Positions 20,728-30,917 of a stretch of 64,000 bases of DNA are shown here, piece by piece. The stretch is from positions 1 to 64,000 of the IMG/VR virus record IMGVR_UViG_3300021256_000079; one strand, written 5' to 3'. Source of the stretch: a virus (taxonomy: Duplodnaviria; Caudoviricetes). How positions within the stretch are numbered: the first letter of the stretch is position 1; each line of letters begins with the position of its first letter. The translations under genes were made by a program, and so were the position numbers. Below the pieces are notes generated by a model. That model did not search any database, was not told the origin of the DNA, and saw nothing but the letters and a program-made list of their open reading frames with translations.

Positions 20728-21225
20728 GTGAAAAGAGTCATTGTGAATATTATCGTGTGCGCGATCCTCGTTTCTCTTTTTACTTTTCTGATATTTACAG
20801 ATTCAGATGCCGAAAGTGTAACAATGTACGGCATCTGCGAAACTGGCTCTATCAACGTCAGAGTAAAGCCAAATGTGCATTCTGACGTTTGCGGTCACAT
20901 TGAATTTGGATGGGCTGTTGATATTTCAGATTCCAGAAAAGTCGGTAAAACAACCTGGTATAAGATCGATGGTTTTGGCGAATATGGTGTCGGATGGATT
21001 AATGGAAGATATTTATCCGAGACTGAACCGATAAAAACGAAGAATACTTATGGAAAAGTTAAAGCGAACGGACGAGTTGCCGTTTATAGTATAACTGGAA
21101 AAAGAAAGGGGTGGATTAAACCAAACAAAACATTCCAAATTTTAATTTATACAGAAGAGAGGTGTTTAACTGAGAAAGGATGGATCAAAACCAAGTATCT
21201 GGATATTTACGAAGGAGGTGAATAA
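20728..21225 (+). CDS. Exported SH3b-domain protein
   Basis: Signal/TM segment, then INVRVKPN...WYKI...GWINGRYL and a second GWIKTKYL. Confidence 0.7.
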   Translation: MKRVIVNIIVCAILVSLFTFLIFTDSDAESVTMYGICETGSINVRVKPNVHSDVCGHIEFGWAVDISDSRKVGKTTWYKIDGFGEYGVGWINGRYLSETEPIKTKNTYGKVKANGRVAVYSITGKRKGWIKPNKTFQILIYTEERCLTEKGWIKTKYLDIYEGGE

Positions 21226-21645
21226 CAACGAAAACGAGTGAGGGAAATAGCATCACCTACATTGAAAGCAGACGAATAGTCACAAAAGATTTTTTAAATG
21301 CCCTTCGTCAAGAACCTCGAGAAACAATTAGGTGCATTCTAACCGAAATGAAAAATGAGATGAATAATTTGTATCCGGGATGCATAGTCTACTATGTTCA
21401 TCCCGATCTTTTATTGAATGACGAAAATCTCGATGATTGCTATGAAATAACGGACTATGGCGAGCTAATTACTTGCCGTGTTAAGGCTTTTGTTGAAGGA
21501 GGATAATAATGCAGATCAATCATAGAAGAGATCTTTTTACATGGCAACTTGTGAATCCGGTTGGTTATCACCCAAAAAATAAAAAGCGGCATCCCTGGAT
21601 CGAGTATTTTAAATGGCTGTTTGGAATTAAGAAAGGAAATAAAAG

Positions 21646-22500
21646 ATGAACCGGATATTTGGTTGGCTACAGCAGATTACCTGTTCTGATGAAGATACCA
21701 GAAACAAAATAAGAAGTGCGATTTTTAAACATGGGCTATGGCTTAAGATCAATCATGAAAGGCTGCTTGATCCGGAAAGTCAATTTATAGAAAACAGACT
21801 TCGGGCTGATTTTTCAACACTTAAAATAATTTACAATCTTCGGATTCGAAACGCAGACTTGAGACATGCCATTTTTGCAAAAATGCATTTACAAGATGCA
21901 ATATTTGATGACTGCGAAATGTACGGTGTCGATTTTCACAACTGTTACTTATGCGATAGTACTTTTGTTTGTTCAAGTCTGCGAAACGCAAACTTATGCG
22001 GTGCAAACTTATTTGGATGCACCTTTTACGGAACCGATTTTGCAAACGCAAAAACTGATGAAAACACATGTTTTGAATACGCCGACCTATCCGGTGCTAT
22101 AAATGCTAGCGATTTAAACATTCCACTTAGATGTCCTGAGAAAGGAGCGTTCGTTGGATGGAAAGCATGTTATGCCAGAAGGGACGGACGTTTGATGGAA
22201 CGGGTAATAGTCAAACTGTATATTCCTGAAGATGCAAAACGATCATCAGCAACGACTGCAAAATGCCGATGCGATAAGGCTGTTGTGCTGGATATTCAGG
22301 ATTTGAACGGACACAGTGTTGCTTGTGACATTACGGCAGAATCAATGTTTAGACAACAGCCGATAGATTATGTTGTTGGAATGACTGTTAAACCTGTCGG
22401 TGACGCGTTTGATATAAATCGTTTCGCAGAGTGTTCAGCTGGTATTCATTTCTTTTACAAAAGAGAAGATGCGGTTTTATATGCTAAAGGAGAAATGTAA
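21646..22500 (+). CDS. Pentapeptide-repeat protein with DUF5758-like C-terminus
   Basis: ADLRH/ANLCG/ANLFG repeats; GAFVGWK...IVKLYIPEDAKRSSATTAKCRC...ECSAGIHFF. Confidence 0.8.
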   Translation: MNRIFGWLQQITCSDEDTRNKIRSAIFKHGLWLKINHERLLDPESQFIENRLRADFSTLKIIYNLRIRNADLRHAIFAKMHLQDAIFDDCEMYGVDFHNCYLCDSTFVCSSLRNANLCGANLFGCTFYGTDFANAKTDENTCFEYADLSGAINASDLNIPLRCPEKGAFVGWKACYARRDGRLMERVIVKLYIPEDAKRSSATTAKCRCDKAVVLDIQDLNGHSVACDITAESMFRQQPIDYVVGMTVKPVGDAFDINRFAECSAGIHFFYKREDAVLYAKGEM

Positions 22501-22836
22501 ATGCCTAGTATATATAGAGAAGTCTATTATAGGGAACCGGAGATATTCGTTACAGGTAGGTATAACCGAGATGTCTCCGTAGAACAGGTTCTAGCCATAA
22601 AGAAAGTACTTGTTGAAAACTTCGGTGCTCTCTTAAGTAAAATCACAATTGATTATTCAAAAAGAAAAGATGGAATTCATATAACGCCAACGGTTCACAA
22701 GTCGATCGAAAATGTTCCGTTTTACTTTAGGCATAGAGACTCTATGGACGACACAATGATATTCTATTCGAGAACCAATAAAGAAGACCCTAAAACCGTA
22801 ATCGTCGATAAAGACGGACAAATAACTACCAGATGA
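22501..22836 (+). CDS. Hypothetical protein
   Basis: Coupled to the previous gene; AAAGGAG upstream. Confidence 0.55.
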   Translation: MPSIYREVYYREPEIFVTGRYNRDVSVEQVLAIKKVLVENFGALLSKITIDYSKRKDGIHITPTVHKSIENVPFYFRHRDSMDDTMIFYSRTNKEDPKTVIVDKDGQITTR

Positions 22837-22850
22837 AAGGAAGATATTTT

Positions 22851-23162
22851 ATGAAAAAGATTGTTCTCATCCTTATGCTCGTCGTTCTCACTGCTACTAT
22901 GACATCGTGTGCTACAAGAATGCTTGGTAATCGAGCTGTCGGTGGATCCGACGTTCAGACCATGCACTACGCATACGTTTCGCTTCCCGGGAAAGATATT
23001 GTTGAAGGAAGGGTAACTCAGTGGCGAGATTATGACGATAGCGACGTTGTTCAGGTTCTCGTTAATGGGAAATACTACCTCACGCATTACTCAAATGTTG
23101 TGCTGGTGGCAGATCCTGAAATGGGATCAATTGGTTACGACTTAGGAGGCGGACACAATTGA
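22851..23162 (+). CDS. Lipoprotein
   Basis: MKKIVLILMLVVLTATMTSC lipobox-like signal. Confidence 0.7.
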   Translation: MKKIVLILMLVVLTATMTSCATRMLGNRAVGGSDVQTMHYAYVSLPGKDIVEGRVTQWRDYDDSDVVQVLVNGKYYLTHYSNVVLVADPEMGSIGYDLGGGHN

Positions 23163-23264
23163 TTTATATCGATGAATACATCTATGAAGGAATAATTGTC
23201 GTGATTGTATTAGCGGTTCTTTTAATTCTATTCTGGTTTCTAAAAGATAACTTATAAAGAAAGG

Positions 23265-23543
23265 ATGATTTATATGAAAGTGGAATATACAAGACTTCTA
23301 ACGACAAGAGACCTTTTACAAGTGCTTGAATGCTCACCGCAAACTATAACGTCAGCTATAGCTAGAGGAAAGCTGAAAGTATTTTCTAAGATTCAAGGAC
23401 TGAATTTATACAAGGTGGATGATGTATACACCTGGATTTCAGAAAGGAAACGTGGTGGCACGTCAACTTTTATGGATAATCTCACAAAAGAAGAATTTTA
23501 CAAAAGATGTAAGGATCTCGGACTCGACTATTCTGAATTTTAA
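23265..23543 (+). CDS. HTH DNA-binding protein (excisionase-like)
   Basis: LLTTRDLLQVLECSPQTITSAIARGKL pattern of MerR/Xis-type HTH. Confidence 0.65.
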   Translation: MIYMKVEYTRLLTTRDLLQVLECSPQTITSAIARGKLKVFSKIQGLNLYKVDDVYTWISERKRGGTSTFMDNLTKEEFYKRCKDLGLDYSEF

Positions 23544-23549
23544 GGAGTA

Positions 23550-23744
23550 ATGATTATGAAGTATCGTAAGAAGCCTGTTGTTATCGAAGCGTATCAAACT
23601 GACAAAGAAATGGATATTCAGACTCTCGAAGGAGTCATGCACGCATCTGTTGGTGATTACATCATTACCGGTGTTAATGGCGAACAGTACCCTTGTAAAC
23701 CGGATATTTTTGAGAAGACTTATGAGGTGGTTGAGGATGAATGA
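23550..23744 (+). CDS. PGDYG-like small phage protein
   Basis: [10 protein letters not shown]...[34 protein letters not shown]. Confidence 0.8.
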   Translation: MIMKYRKKPVVIEAYQTDKEMDIQTLEGVMHASVGDYIITGVNGEQYPCKPDIFEKTYEVVEDE

Positions 23745-23988
23745 ACAAGACATTCCACTGTCAAAGGAAATTCAAAGAATACTGGGAATTGATTCATCAT
23801 CGGTTCCAAGTGAAGAATACATAAATCTCATGATTCTCAAACGCTTTGAAATGTATAAAAAGATATTCGATTCAGAAGTACCTCATTTGGCAAACGATGA
23901 AATTAAGGGAAAAGTCGCCATGATAGATTTTGAGCTATCAGAGATAATCAAGGATCTCAGAAAGAAGGTAAGTAATGCATACCTTTGA
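23737..23988 (+). CDS. Hypothetical protein
   Basis: Overlapping start; GAGG RBS. Confidence 0.5.
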   Translation: MNEQDIPLSKEIQRILGIDSSSVPSEEYINLMILKRFEMYKKIFDSEVPHLANDEIKGKVAMIDFELSEIIKDLRKKVSNAYL

Positions 23989-24331
23989 ATCAAAGAATAA
24001 AAATGAGATAGACGACTTTGTAAATTTTGCCAAACCGGATATTTTTGAGTATTACACAAGAACTGATCCAGAAACAATGGGCACAATCTATGGAGTTAAA
24101 TGGCACAAAATAAAAACAGACAAAGGTATGACTGCCAACGAAATACTACGGATATTCGATGATATGAGAAGGATTAAGAAAATACCAAGGAGCAAAATAG
24201 TAGAAGCTGCTGGTATGACAGAAAGCACCTTTTACCTATACTTGAACGGACGAAATCTTTCTCAGTTTAACCGAATAATAAAAATGCTTGATGCCGTTGG
24301 ACTAGAACTGGTAATTAGACAGAAGAGGTGA
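23975..24331 (+). CDS. XRE-like HTH protein
   Basis: C-terminal SKIVEAAGMTESTFYLYLNG...MLDAVGLELVI. Confidence 0.65.
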   Translation: MHTFESKNKNEIDDFVNFAKPDIFEYYTRTDPETMGTIYGVKWHKIKTDKGMTANEILRIFDDMRRIKKIPRSKIVEAAGMTESTFYLYLNGRNLSQFNRIIKMLDAVGLELVIRQKR

Positions 24332-24337
24332 TGATAT

Positions 24338-24871
24338 TTGCTGCTATCAGGAATCGAAATTGAAAGGCATTTGGGAAGAGAGATTTATATCAGTCCTTTT
24401 GATAGAAAGAATCTCGGTCCAAATAGCTACAACTTAACACTCAACAATGAACTTCTTGTCTACACAGAAGATATTCTGGACATGAAGAAAAAGAACAAGT
24501 ATGAAAAGATTATTATTCCTTCAGACGGTCTTGTTCTTGAGCCAAACAAACTTTATCTTGGTAGAACCAATGAATACACAGAAACAATCGGGTTTGTACC
24601 AATGCTTGAAGGCCGGTCTTCCATCGGAAGGCTTGGCCTTTTTGTTCACGTAACAGCTGGGTTCGGTGATGTTGGATTCAGCGGATACTGGACGCTTGAA
24701 ATTCATTGCATTGAACCGATTAGAATCTATCCCAACGTTCCCATTTGTCAAATTTACTATCATACACTTCTTGGTGAGTATAATAAATACTCTTCAAAGA
24801 AGTACCAGCACAATAGTGGTGTACAACCGAGTATGCTCTATATGGATTTCGAGAATGAGGAGGATATTTAA
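24338..24871 (+). CDS. dcd: dCTP deaminase
   Basis: PNSYNLTL, EGRSSIGRLG, TAGFGDVGFSGYWTLEI, ICQI, KYQ motifs. Confidence 0.92.
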   Translation: MLLSGIEIERHLGREIYISPFDRKNLGPNSYNLTLNNELLVYTEDILDMKKKNKYEKIIIPSDGLVLEPNKLYLGRTNEYTETIGFVPMLEGRSSIGRLGLFVHVTAGFGDVGFSGYWTLEIHCIEPIRIYPNVPICQIYYHTLLGEYNKYSSKKYQHNSGVQPSMLYMDFENEEDI

Positions 24872-24873
24872 CA

Positions 24874-25155
24874 ATGATTAATCGTAAGGAAGCAATTGCA
24901 AAAGTAGAACAAATTGTCTGCCAGGACCGTGAGCAGCAGTATGGATCTCCTGAAAACAACTTCAGTACTATCGCTAAACTCTGGAACGCCTATCTCAAAA
25001 AAGATATTATCAAGCCTTCGGACGTCGCCATGATGATGGCTCTTCTTAAAGTGGCTAGAATTGCAACTGGTAACTACAAGGAAGACAGCTATATCGATCT
25101 TGCTGGCTACGCGATTTGTGGTGCTGAACTGGCTTCAATGGAGGAAGAAGAATGA
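24874..25155 (+). CDS. DUF6378-like / nucleotide-modification-associated small protein
   Basis: DREQQYGSPENNF...IAKLW...DVAMMMALLKVAR...DSYIDLAGY. Confidence 0.8.
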   Translation: MINRKEAIAKVEQIVCQDREQQYGSPENNFSTIAKLWNAYLKKDIIKPSDVAMMMALLKVARIATGNYKEDSYIDLAGYAICGAELASMEEEE

Positions 25156-25787
25156 TTATATTTGATAGAACCACTGTTCCTTTTGAGGGTATTGAATATG
25201 CCATGCACGCGATGAGGAACCCCATGAACAGTTGGAATAGAAATGATACGACAATCACTTGGCTCGAAGACGATGATTCATATATCGAGATCGGACCGAA
25301 CGATAAAGAATTGTCAACAAAATTGATGCTTGCGGGTCCCGAACATTGCAAGCATCTTCGTTTTATTATGGCCTATGTTGACATTACAGCTCCACTTTAT
25401 TGGTGGAAGGAATTCGACACATATAGGGCTGGCGTTGAGAAGATTTCGACAAGTACCATGCATAAACTCAATTCAAGGGAACTGACAGTTGAGGATTTCA
25501 GTATCGTTAATGAAGAAGAAAAGATGTATTATTCGATCGATCTTCTTCCTCGTCTTAACTTTCAACTTAAGCTATCCAAAACTGATAAAACTGCTTGGGA
25601 GAAACTTGTTCATGAACTCCCAAGCAGCTATTTGCAGAAAAGATCTGTCATGATGAGTTATGCTGCTCTTAAGAATATTTGTGATCAAAGAGAAGGTCAT
25701 AAGCTTAAGGAGTGGCATGATTTCATTGATTGGGCTCACGGACTTCCTTATAGTGAACTGATATTTGGAGAAGGAGAAAAGAAATGA
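25152..25787 (+). CDS. ThyX-like (flavin-dependent thymidylate synthase fold), non-canonical
   Basis: HCKHLRFI, APLYWWKEFDTYR, LPSSY, QREGHKLKEW; next to dcd; lacks the canonical RHRx7S signature. Confidence 0.65.
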   Translation: MIIFDRTTVPFEGIEYAMHAMRNPMNSWNRNDTTITWLEDDDSYIEIGPNDKELSTKLMLAGPEHCKHLRFIMAYVDITAPLYWWKEFDTYRAGVEKISTSTMHKLNSRELTVEDFSIVNEEEKMYYSIDLLPRLNFQLKLSKTDKTAWEKLVHELPSSYLQKRSVMMSYAALKNICDQREGHKLKEWHDFIDWAHGLPYSELIFGEGEKK

Positions 25788-26092
25788 ATTGTCGTGATTG
25801 CACGAAGTTTTATCTAGGTGGATGTCAATGGGCTATGGATTACATGGACACAGAATACGCTGAAGATTGTGTGGACTTTGACAACATTCGAGATATTCTA
25901 AAGAGAAACGAAGCACTCGATGTTGTTGATGAGGAGCCATCGAAGTACATTGTCGGTGCAATGACGGGATACTGTCCACGTTGTAAAGAACTAACTATCT
26001 CTCTCAAAGAACGTAATAAGCCAAAGATATTCTGTCCTGTATGCGGACAAAGACTAAATTGGGCTTATTTGAAAGGAGATACGACCAAATGA
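25784..26092 (+). CDS. Zinc-ribbon protein
   Basis: CRDC, CPRC, FCPVCGQRLNW. Confidence 0.65.
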   Translation: MNCRDCTKFYLGGCQWAMDYMDTEYAEDCVDFDNIRDILKRNEALDVVDEEPSKYIVGAMTGYCPRCKELTISLKERNKPKIFCPVCGQRLNWAYLKGDTTK

Positions 26093-26667
26093 AAAAGATC
26101 CCAACACTTTTTAAAAGGACTTTCAAAGACCATGCTGTAACGGATATTTCACCGGAACTCACTTCTCCCGATCTTCAGTGGGTGCTTGACGGAGAAGGTA
26201 TCGCCACCGAAAAGATTGACGGAGCATGCTGTGCTGTAATCGACGGATATTTCTTCAAAAGATACGATGCTAAAAAAGGAAAAACTCCTCCTGCAAATGC
26301 CATTCCTTGCTGTGATCCCGATCCGGTAACAGGTCATTGGCCTCACTGGGTTCCTGTCACTATTGAAGATCCATCTTCTAAATGGTTTCTTCAGGCGCTT
26401 ATGCAGTCGGCATATTTTGCGCTTGAAGAAAACGGTACATACGAAGCCGTTGGTCCTCACTTTAATGGAAATCCATACAACATTAAAGAAGATACTTTGG
26501 TTAAGCATGGCGATATTGTCATCAATGTCCCAAGAACTTTCGAAGGAATCAAAGAGTACCTAAGAGAACACAAAATCGAAGGAATCGTGTTCTGGAAAGA
26601 TGGAGAACCGAAATGCAAAATTAAAAGGTCTGACTTTGGATTTGAATGGCCTGTAAAGAAGGAGTGA
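26089..26667 (+). CDS. RNA-ligase-like nucleotidyltransferase (DUF5565-like)
   Basis: MKKIPTLF, ATEKIDG (KxDG), GTYEAVGP, IEGIVFW, KIKRSDFG. Confidence 0.8.
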   Translation: MKKIPTLFKRTFKDHAVTDISPELTSPDLQWVLDGEGIATEKIDGACCAVIDGYFFKRYDAKKGKTPPANAIPCCDPDPVTGHWPHWVPVTIEDPSSKWFLQALMQSAYFALEENGTYEAVGPHFNGNPYNIKEDTLVKHGDIVINVPRTFEGIKEYLREHKIEGIVFWKDGEPKCKIKRSDFGFEWPVKKE

Positions 26668-26672
26668 GAATA

Positions 26673-27050
26673 ATGCCTACTATTCGGTGTAAAGATTGCG
26701 TTCATAGACCGTATAAAGTAAATGGAAAACTTTCCTTCCCGGATGAAATTTGTCCATGCCGATGTAATGATTCGGAATACTCAATGTTTCCTCCGGATAA
26801 TTTCTTTTGTAAAAATGGAGAGTCCGCTGATTCTCAAACAGATGCAAGAATCGAATTTAGACCTGTTTGCAGCAAATGCCATTCCATCATCTATGAAGTC
26901 GTTGATTGTGTAACCGACAATTCCGGTTTGTTTAATGAACGTATAGCCTTCGTCCCTCCTGATCAGATCGTTCCATGTAGGTGCCCTGTATGTAAAACTA
27001 GATTCGAATCTATAGCAATTCCGACGAGACTTCCTTTCAAAGGATATTGA
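26673..27050 (+). CDS. Cys-rich zinc-binding hypothetical protein
   Basis: Multiple CxxC pairs. Confidence 0.6.
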   Translation: MPTIRCKDCVHRPYKVNGKLSFPDEICPCRCNDSEYSMFPPDNFFCKNGESADSQTDARIEFRPVCSKCHSIIYEVVDCVTDNSGLFNERIAFVPPDQIVPCRCPVCKTRFESIAIPTRLPFKGY

Positions 27051-27062
27051 GGAGGAAGTTAT

Positions 27063-27398
27063 ATGAATTCGACTGATATTATCGTCAATTTAAATACAGT
27101 AAAAAGGGTACTATGCGTTCCAGAGATGCTTAAGGACGAAATGCGAATAAAAATAGGCCAAGTAATAACAAACGCAATCAACTACATAGAAGAGCATGAG
27201 CCACATGAATTAACTCGCGAAGAATGGGAAACCTGGAAAAAGAACAATAAACGAGATCCTATATGTGCAGTGTGGAAAGATGACTACACGCCATGCTGGA
27301 TATTCAAACCCGAACAAATTCATGAGCCAGCTTATCTTATGGGCGAAATTAAATTGTTTAGCGGAAAACCTGACAGAAGCATTATTTGCTGGGATTAA
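27063..27398 (+). CDS. Hypothetical protein
   Basis: GAGGAGG RBS. Confidence 0.6.
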   Translation: MNSTDIIVNLNTVKRVLCVPEMLKDEMRIKIGQVITNAINYIEEHEPHELTREEWETWKKNNKRDPICAVWKDDYTPCWIFKPEQIHEPAYLMGEIKLFSGKPDRSIICWD

Positions 27399-27427
27399 GG
27401 AAGAGGATTGTTCTACTCCTTTCTTTT

Positions 27428-27477
27428 AAGGTCTGCAAAACCTTTATTCCCCAGTTCAAATCTGGGTGGCACCTCCA
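27428..27477 (+). other. Putative attP core: 3' portion of tRNA-Cys(GCA)
   Basis: AAGGT-CTGCAAA-ACCTT anticodon arm, CCCAG-TTCAAAT-CTGGG T arm, acceptor 3' strand ending CCA; no D arm or 5' acceptor strand; ~520 bp from the integrase stop. Confidence 0.85.
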
Positions 27478-27652
27478 AAGCATTGAGAGATCTGCGTTTG
27501 CCGGCAAGCTAGGCGCAGATTTTTATTTGTTTCGAGGTGTAAGACCTTTATTGTAAAATAGTCCAAAAGGATGGAGGATCTGGTCGCGTGACGAACCAGG
27601 TCCTCTTTTTTTTCGCGTAATCAACATGCATTATAATGAGGAGGTGGGCTAT

Positions 27653-27943
27653 ATGCTACACATTAAAGGAACTGAGAAAACTATACAGATTTGTGACTGC
27701 GATCTTAAGGAATTTTACGAACTACCAGAAGAATTCAGAGCTAAGATCAATCGTACAATAAAGGAATTGAACGATAAAATCGCTAATGGTGAGAAAGTTA
27801 TGTATCGAACCGTTTTGGATGGACTCGGAATACCGGTTGAAGGTTACGATGACGAGATTCTTGATTTCTGGGGATTTGACAAGAAAGGATTCAGACAATT
27901 GTATAAAAAGAAAGTTACTGTGGAAATCGTGCCAATCGACTAA
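27653..27943 (+). CDS. Hypothetical single-gene cassette between attP and integrase
   Basis: Motif 27614 and GGAGG RBS; followed by hairpin GACTAGT..ACTAGTC and T tract. Confidence 0.7.
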   Translation: MLHIKGTEKTIQICDCDLKEFYELPEEFRAKINRTIKELNDKIANGEKVMYRTVLDGLGIPVEGYDDEILDFWGFDKKGFRQLYKKKVTVEIVPID

Positions 27944-27997
27944 ACGAAACGGAGAGACTAGTCGCACTGCGAACTAGTCCTCTTTTTTTTTGCCAAA

Positions 27998-29002
27998 TCA
28001 CATACAGAGTGCCGCATACATGTCGTCAAAACCGTCTCCATAGAGGTTAATGTAGATATTATAGGTAACTTGTACGCTACTATGCCCCATAAGACGACTC
28101 AGAATCTTAACATCGATACCCTTATAGTAGCAGTTTGTCGCAAAAGTATGCCTAAAAGCATGCTCTCCGTAAAACTTTATTCCGCATTCCTTACAGAGTT
28201 TCTTAGTCTGATAAGAAAGCTTTTGATAAGTATACCTTTCGCCATCCTGCTCAAACACCCATTCTGTCGTTCGACTCTTTAAAAGGATATTTAATATGGC
28301 GATAGCCTTTGGTGTTAGCGGAATAATACGGTTGCTGCTTTTGCTCTTAGGAGAATCCTGATATTCTGCAAAGTTGTACATGGGATTAATAATCGTAGCA
28401 TGTACATGAAGCCGTCTTGTCTGAATTTGGACATCGCTCCATTTAAGAGCCAGAAGCTCTCCTGAACGAATACCAGTTTCGATCATGAAGCCTACAGCAA
28501 GGTAACCGACGCTGTATGGCTGAACGGATATTTTCTTAGTAATCTTCTCTTGCTCTTTATCCGTATATGCTATAATTTCGCGACTCTGCTTTTTAACTCT
28601 GCTTTCGGACGGAAGCTTAACGCCAACAGTCGGATCTGCTTGGATAATTTTCATGGCGGCTGCCTGTTTGAGCGGAGCAGTAACAATTTGAGAAAGTTTC
28701 TTGATGCTACTCATAGCAAATCCATCTTCAAGGAGAGAATTAATGAATCGCTGCACGTCAAAGAAATTAATGTCACCGAGTTTCTTTTCGGAAATCGGAT
28801 ATTTTGACATCGTGTCTCTTGAAGTGCACAGACGTTCATAAGAAGCCTTTTTAACAGAGTTCTTCTTAAATGTCTCAAGCCACATGTTGATAAATTCGAG
28901 TAATGTCATTTGATCGTTCATAAATGACCCTGGTGAACAATCCTCTATCCAGTTTTCAAGGTTCTGCAGTACGTCGTTAGTATAGATATTTGCGTCGTTC
29001 AT
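27998..29002 (-). CDS. int: Tyrosine integrase
   Basis: Core-binding domain, then TGIRSGEL (R), PKSKSS (K), HAFRH, LMGH, YNIY catalytic set; AAAGGAGG RBS on the minus strand. Confidence 0.93.
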   Translation of the reverse strand: MNDANIYTNDVLQNLENWIEDCSPGSFMNDQMTLLEFINMWLETFKKNSVKKASYERLCTSRDTMSKYPISEKKLGDINFFDVQRFINSLLEDGFAMSSIKKLSQIVTAPLKQAAAMKIIQADPTVGVKLPSESRVKKQSREIIAYTDKEQEKITKKISVQPYSVGYLAVGFMIETGIRSGELLALKWSDVQIQTRRLHVHATIINPMYNFAEYQDSPKSKSSNRIIPLTPKAIAILNILLKSRTTEWVFEQDGERYTYQKLSYQTKKLCKECGIKFYGEHAFRHTFATNCYYKGIDVKILSRLMGHSSVQVTYNIYINLYGDGFDDMYAALCM

Positions 29003-29089
29003 GTCAACGACCTCCTTTCGTTAAGAGGAATGCGTTTGGAGCGAGGTCGCGTGATCAACATGCCTTATAATGAAAGGAAGGTGTCTTAT

Positions 29090-29317
29090 ATGACAGAACG
29101 TCAACTTGGATTACTTAAAGATTATGGACCGAGATTCATGGAAAGAAGCGACGATATTCTTACCAATCTCTTACATCTGGCTCCTGACGCAATTAGCGTT
29201 ATGACGGATGAAGAATGGAAAGAATGCGCCGAGGCTTTGACGGATTTTCAGAACAAATTGGAAAAGGTTAGAGTTTTAGTTGCGAAAAGACTTGATGACA
29301 ACGGAATTGAATGGTAA
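29090..29317 (+). CDS. Cassette ORF, hypothetical
   Basis: RBS after motif 29048. Confidence 0.7.
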   Translation: MTERQLGLLKDYGPRFMERSDDILTNLLHLAPDAISVMTDEEWKECAEALTDFQNKLEKVRVLVAKRLDDNGIEW

Positions 29318-29393
29318 AAAGACGGGCCACAAACGTGGCCTTTCTTTTTTCGCGTAAGAAACACTTTTAGTAATGAAAGGAGGTATCCTACAT

Positions 29394-29687
29394 ATGGATA
29401 TTTATGGAAGCAGTATTTCAAAAGGTTACGGGCTTTATAAGGTGCATGGCGTACCTGACAAACCTGAGACGAGAAAGCGCGTGTTTATCGCGGGTTATGA
29501 CGATTATAATGAGGCTGTAGATGCAATGCGCGTAACAGTTGAAAATCGTTATGATGACCTGTTCGAGTACAATCGTAATCTCATCCTCGGTGGGAAGGGT
29601 GTGCGCTTTGAGCACATCGACCCGGAAACCAAGAGGACGGACGAGTACACTGAGTATTATATTAAGGAGATCGGACTTATCATGTAA
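29394..29687 (+). CDS. Cassette ORF, hypothetical
   Basis: AAAGGAGG after motif 29351. Confidence 0.7.
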   Translation: MDIYGSSISKGYGLYKVHGVPDKPETRKRVFIAGYDDYNEAVDAMRVTVENRYDDLFEYNRNLILGGKGVRFEHIDPETKRTDEYTEYYIKEIGLIM

Positions 29688-29783
29688 GAAAAAGACGGGC
29701 CACAAACGTGGCCTTTCTTTTTTCGCGCTCAAAACACTCTATTAAATGAGGTATAACCTCAAGAAAAAAAGGAGGATATTTTT

Positions 29784-30257
29784 ATGTACATCAATCGAGA
29801 ACACAGATCCGCATTCAGTGGAAAAATTATGTGGGGAATCAAAGTTGATCTTCCCGGCGTTAAATCATTTGATGAAGAACTGTATCGATATGAAGAGCTT
29901 GAAAGGACCAAGATATTACTTGAGGGTTACCGTGGAGGAAGGCGCTTCTTTATAGGTAAGAATAGATTCTGTGAACCGGTCGTTTATGTTGAGATGTTGA
30001 AAACAGACGCGTATTACGGTCTTGATTGCGGAAACGATTACACTGGAAAGCCGTATTGGCTTCCGAAAGAGGAACAAGAAGACAGCTGGTACACCGGATT
30101 TGATCACGGGCACGCTGGGGACTACAGTCCTTACAACGCTGTGAAATACGGTGACGACACTGGCTATAAATGGCCACTTACGGAAATGCTAATGGAAATT
30201 TCAGAATTGATCTGCGAAATCGAACGTGATAATGAAATCTCTGAAGAGAACAACTGA
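29784..30257 (+). CDS. Cassette ORF with WxxGFDxxHxGD motif
   Basis: AGGAGG RBS; motif shared with 38245-39039. Confidence 0.7.
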   Translation: MYINREHRSAFSGKIMWGIKVDLPGVKSFDEELYRYEELERTKILLEGYRGGRRFFIGKNRFCEPVVYVEMLKTDAYYGLDCGNDYTGKPYWLPKEEQEDSWYTGFDHGHAGDYSPYNAVKYGDDTGYKWPLTEMLMEISELICEIERDNEISEENN

Positions 30258-30342
30258 TTTACAGATATTTGGCACCTGTAACATGGTGCCTTCTTTTTTT
30301 TTCGCGTTCAAAACACTTGTAATAATGAAAGGAGGTATAGCC

Positions 30343-30543
30343 ATGAAATTAGTAAAGCTATATGACCATAGAGGGTTTCCAGTGATCATCAATGCGGATG
30401 AGATTATCTTGATTGATGAAAGGTTCCAAGTGGACGAAGATACGAACATCGGAGTCAGACAATCAAGGATATTACTGAAAGGGAAACTACAGGTCACGGT
30501 AAATATGGCATTAGATGAACTAATGATTGAGTTAACCAAATGA
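30343..30543 (+). CDS. Cassette ORF, hypothetical
   Basis: AAAGGAGG after motif 30303. Confidence 0.7.
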   Translation: MKLVKLYDHRGFPVIINADEIILIDERFQVDEDTNIGVRQSRILLKGKLQVTVNMALDELMIELTK

Positions 30544-30617
30544 CAGATCGCCCGCAAAACGCGGGCTTTCTTTTTTCGCACCATAAACATTCATTATAAT
30601 GAAAGGATGGTGTCTAT

Positions 30618-30917
30618 ATGAACACTAATAAGGTTATATTGAACGAAGTTTTAACAATTACACTAACGACAGGTGGAATAGCCGACGGATATTTCAGAAG
30701 GGATTGTGAATGGATCGAGAAAGAACTGAACATCAGGTCAATAAGAGTATGCAAAAGTGCGTATACGCTCTTTGAGTTGAGGTTCTCAGACGAATCGGAC
30801 CTCATGGCCGGCTTGGATTGGCTGACCGACTATTTCAATCATATCAATGGTATTGAACTGTTTTACGCACACGAAATCAGACCCACTATTAGATGGACTA
30901 AGAGACGGTTTTATTAA
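30618..30917 (+). CDS. Cassette ORF, hypothetical
   Basis: RBS after motif 30577. Confidence 0.7.
   Translation: MNTNKVILNEVLTITLTTGGIADGYFRRDCEWIEKELNIRSIRVCKSAYTLFELRFSDESDLMAGLDWLTDYFNHINGIELFYAHEIRPTIRWTKRRFY

Noticed and set aside
27428-27477. Functional tRNA-Cys gene
   Set aside because: The 5' acceptor strand and D arm are absent; the upstream sequence is a terminator-like T tract.
28070-28807. Plus-strand ORFs inside the integrase, and the many minus-strand ORFs elsewhere
   Set aside because: Antisense shadows of well-supported genes, without RBS or motifs.
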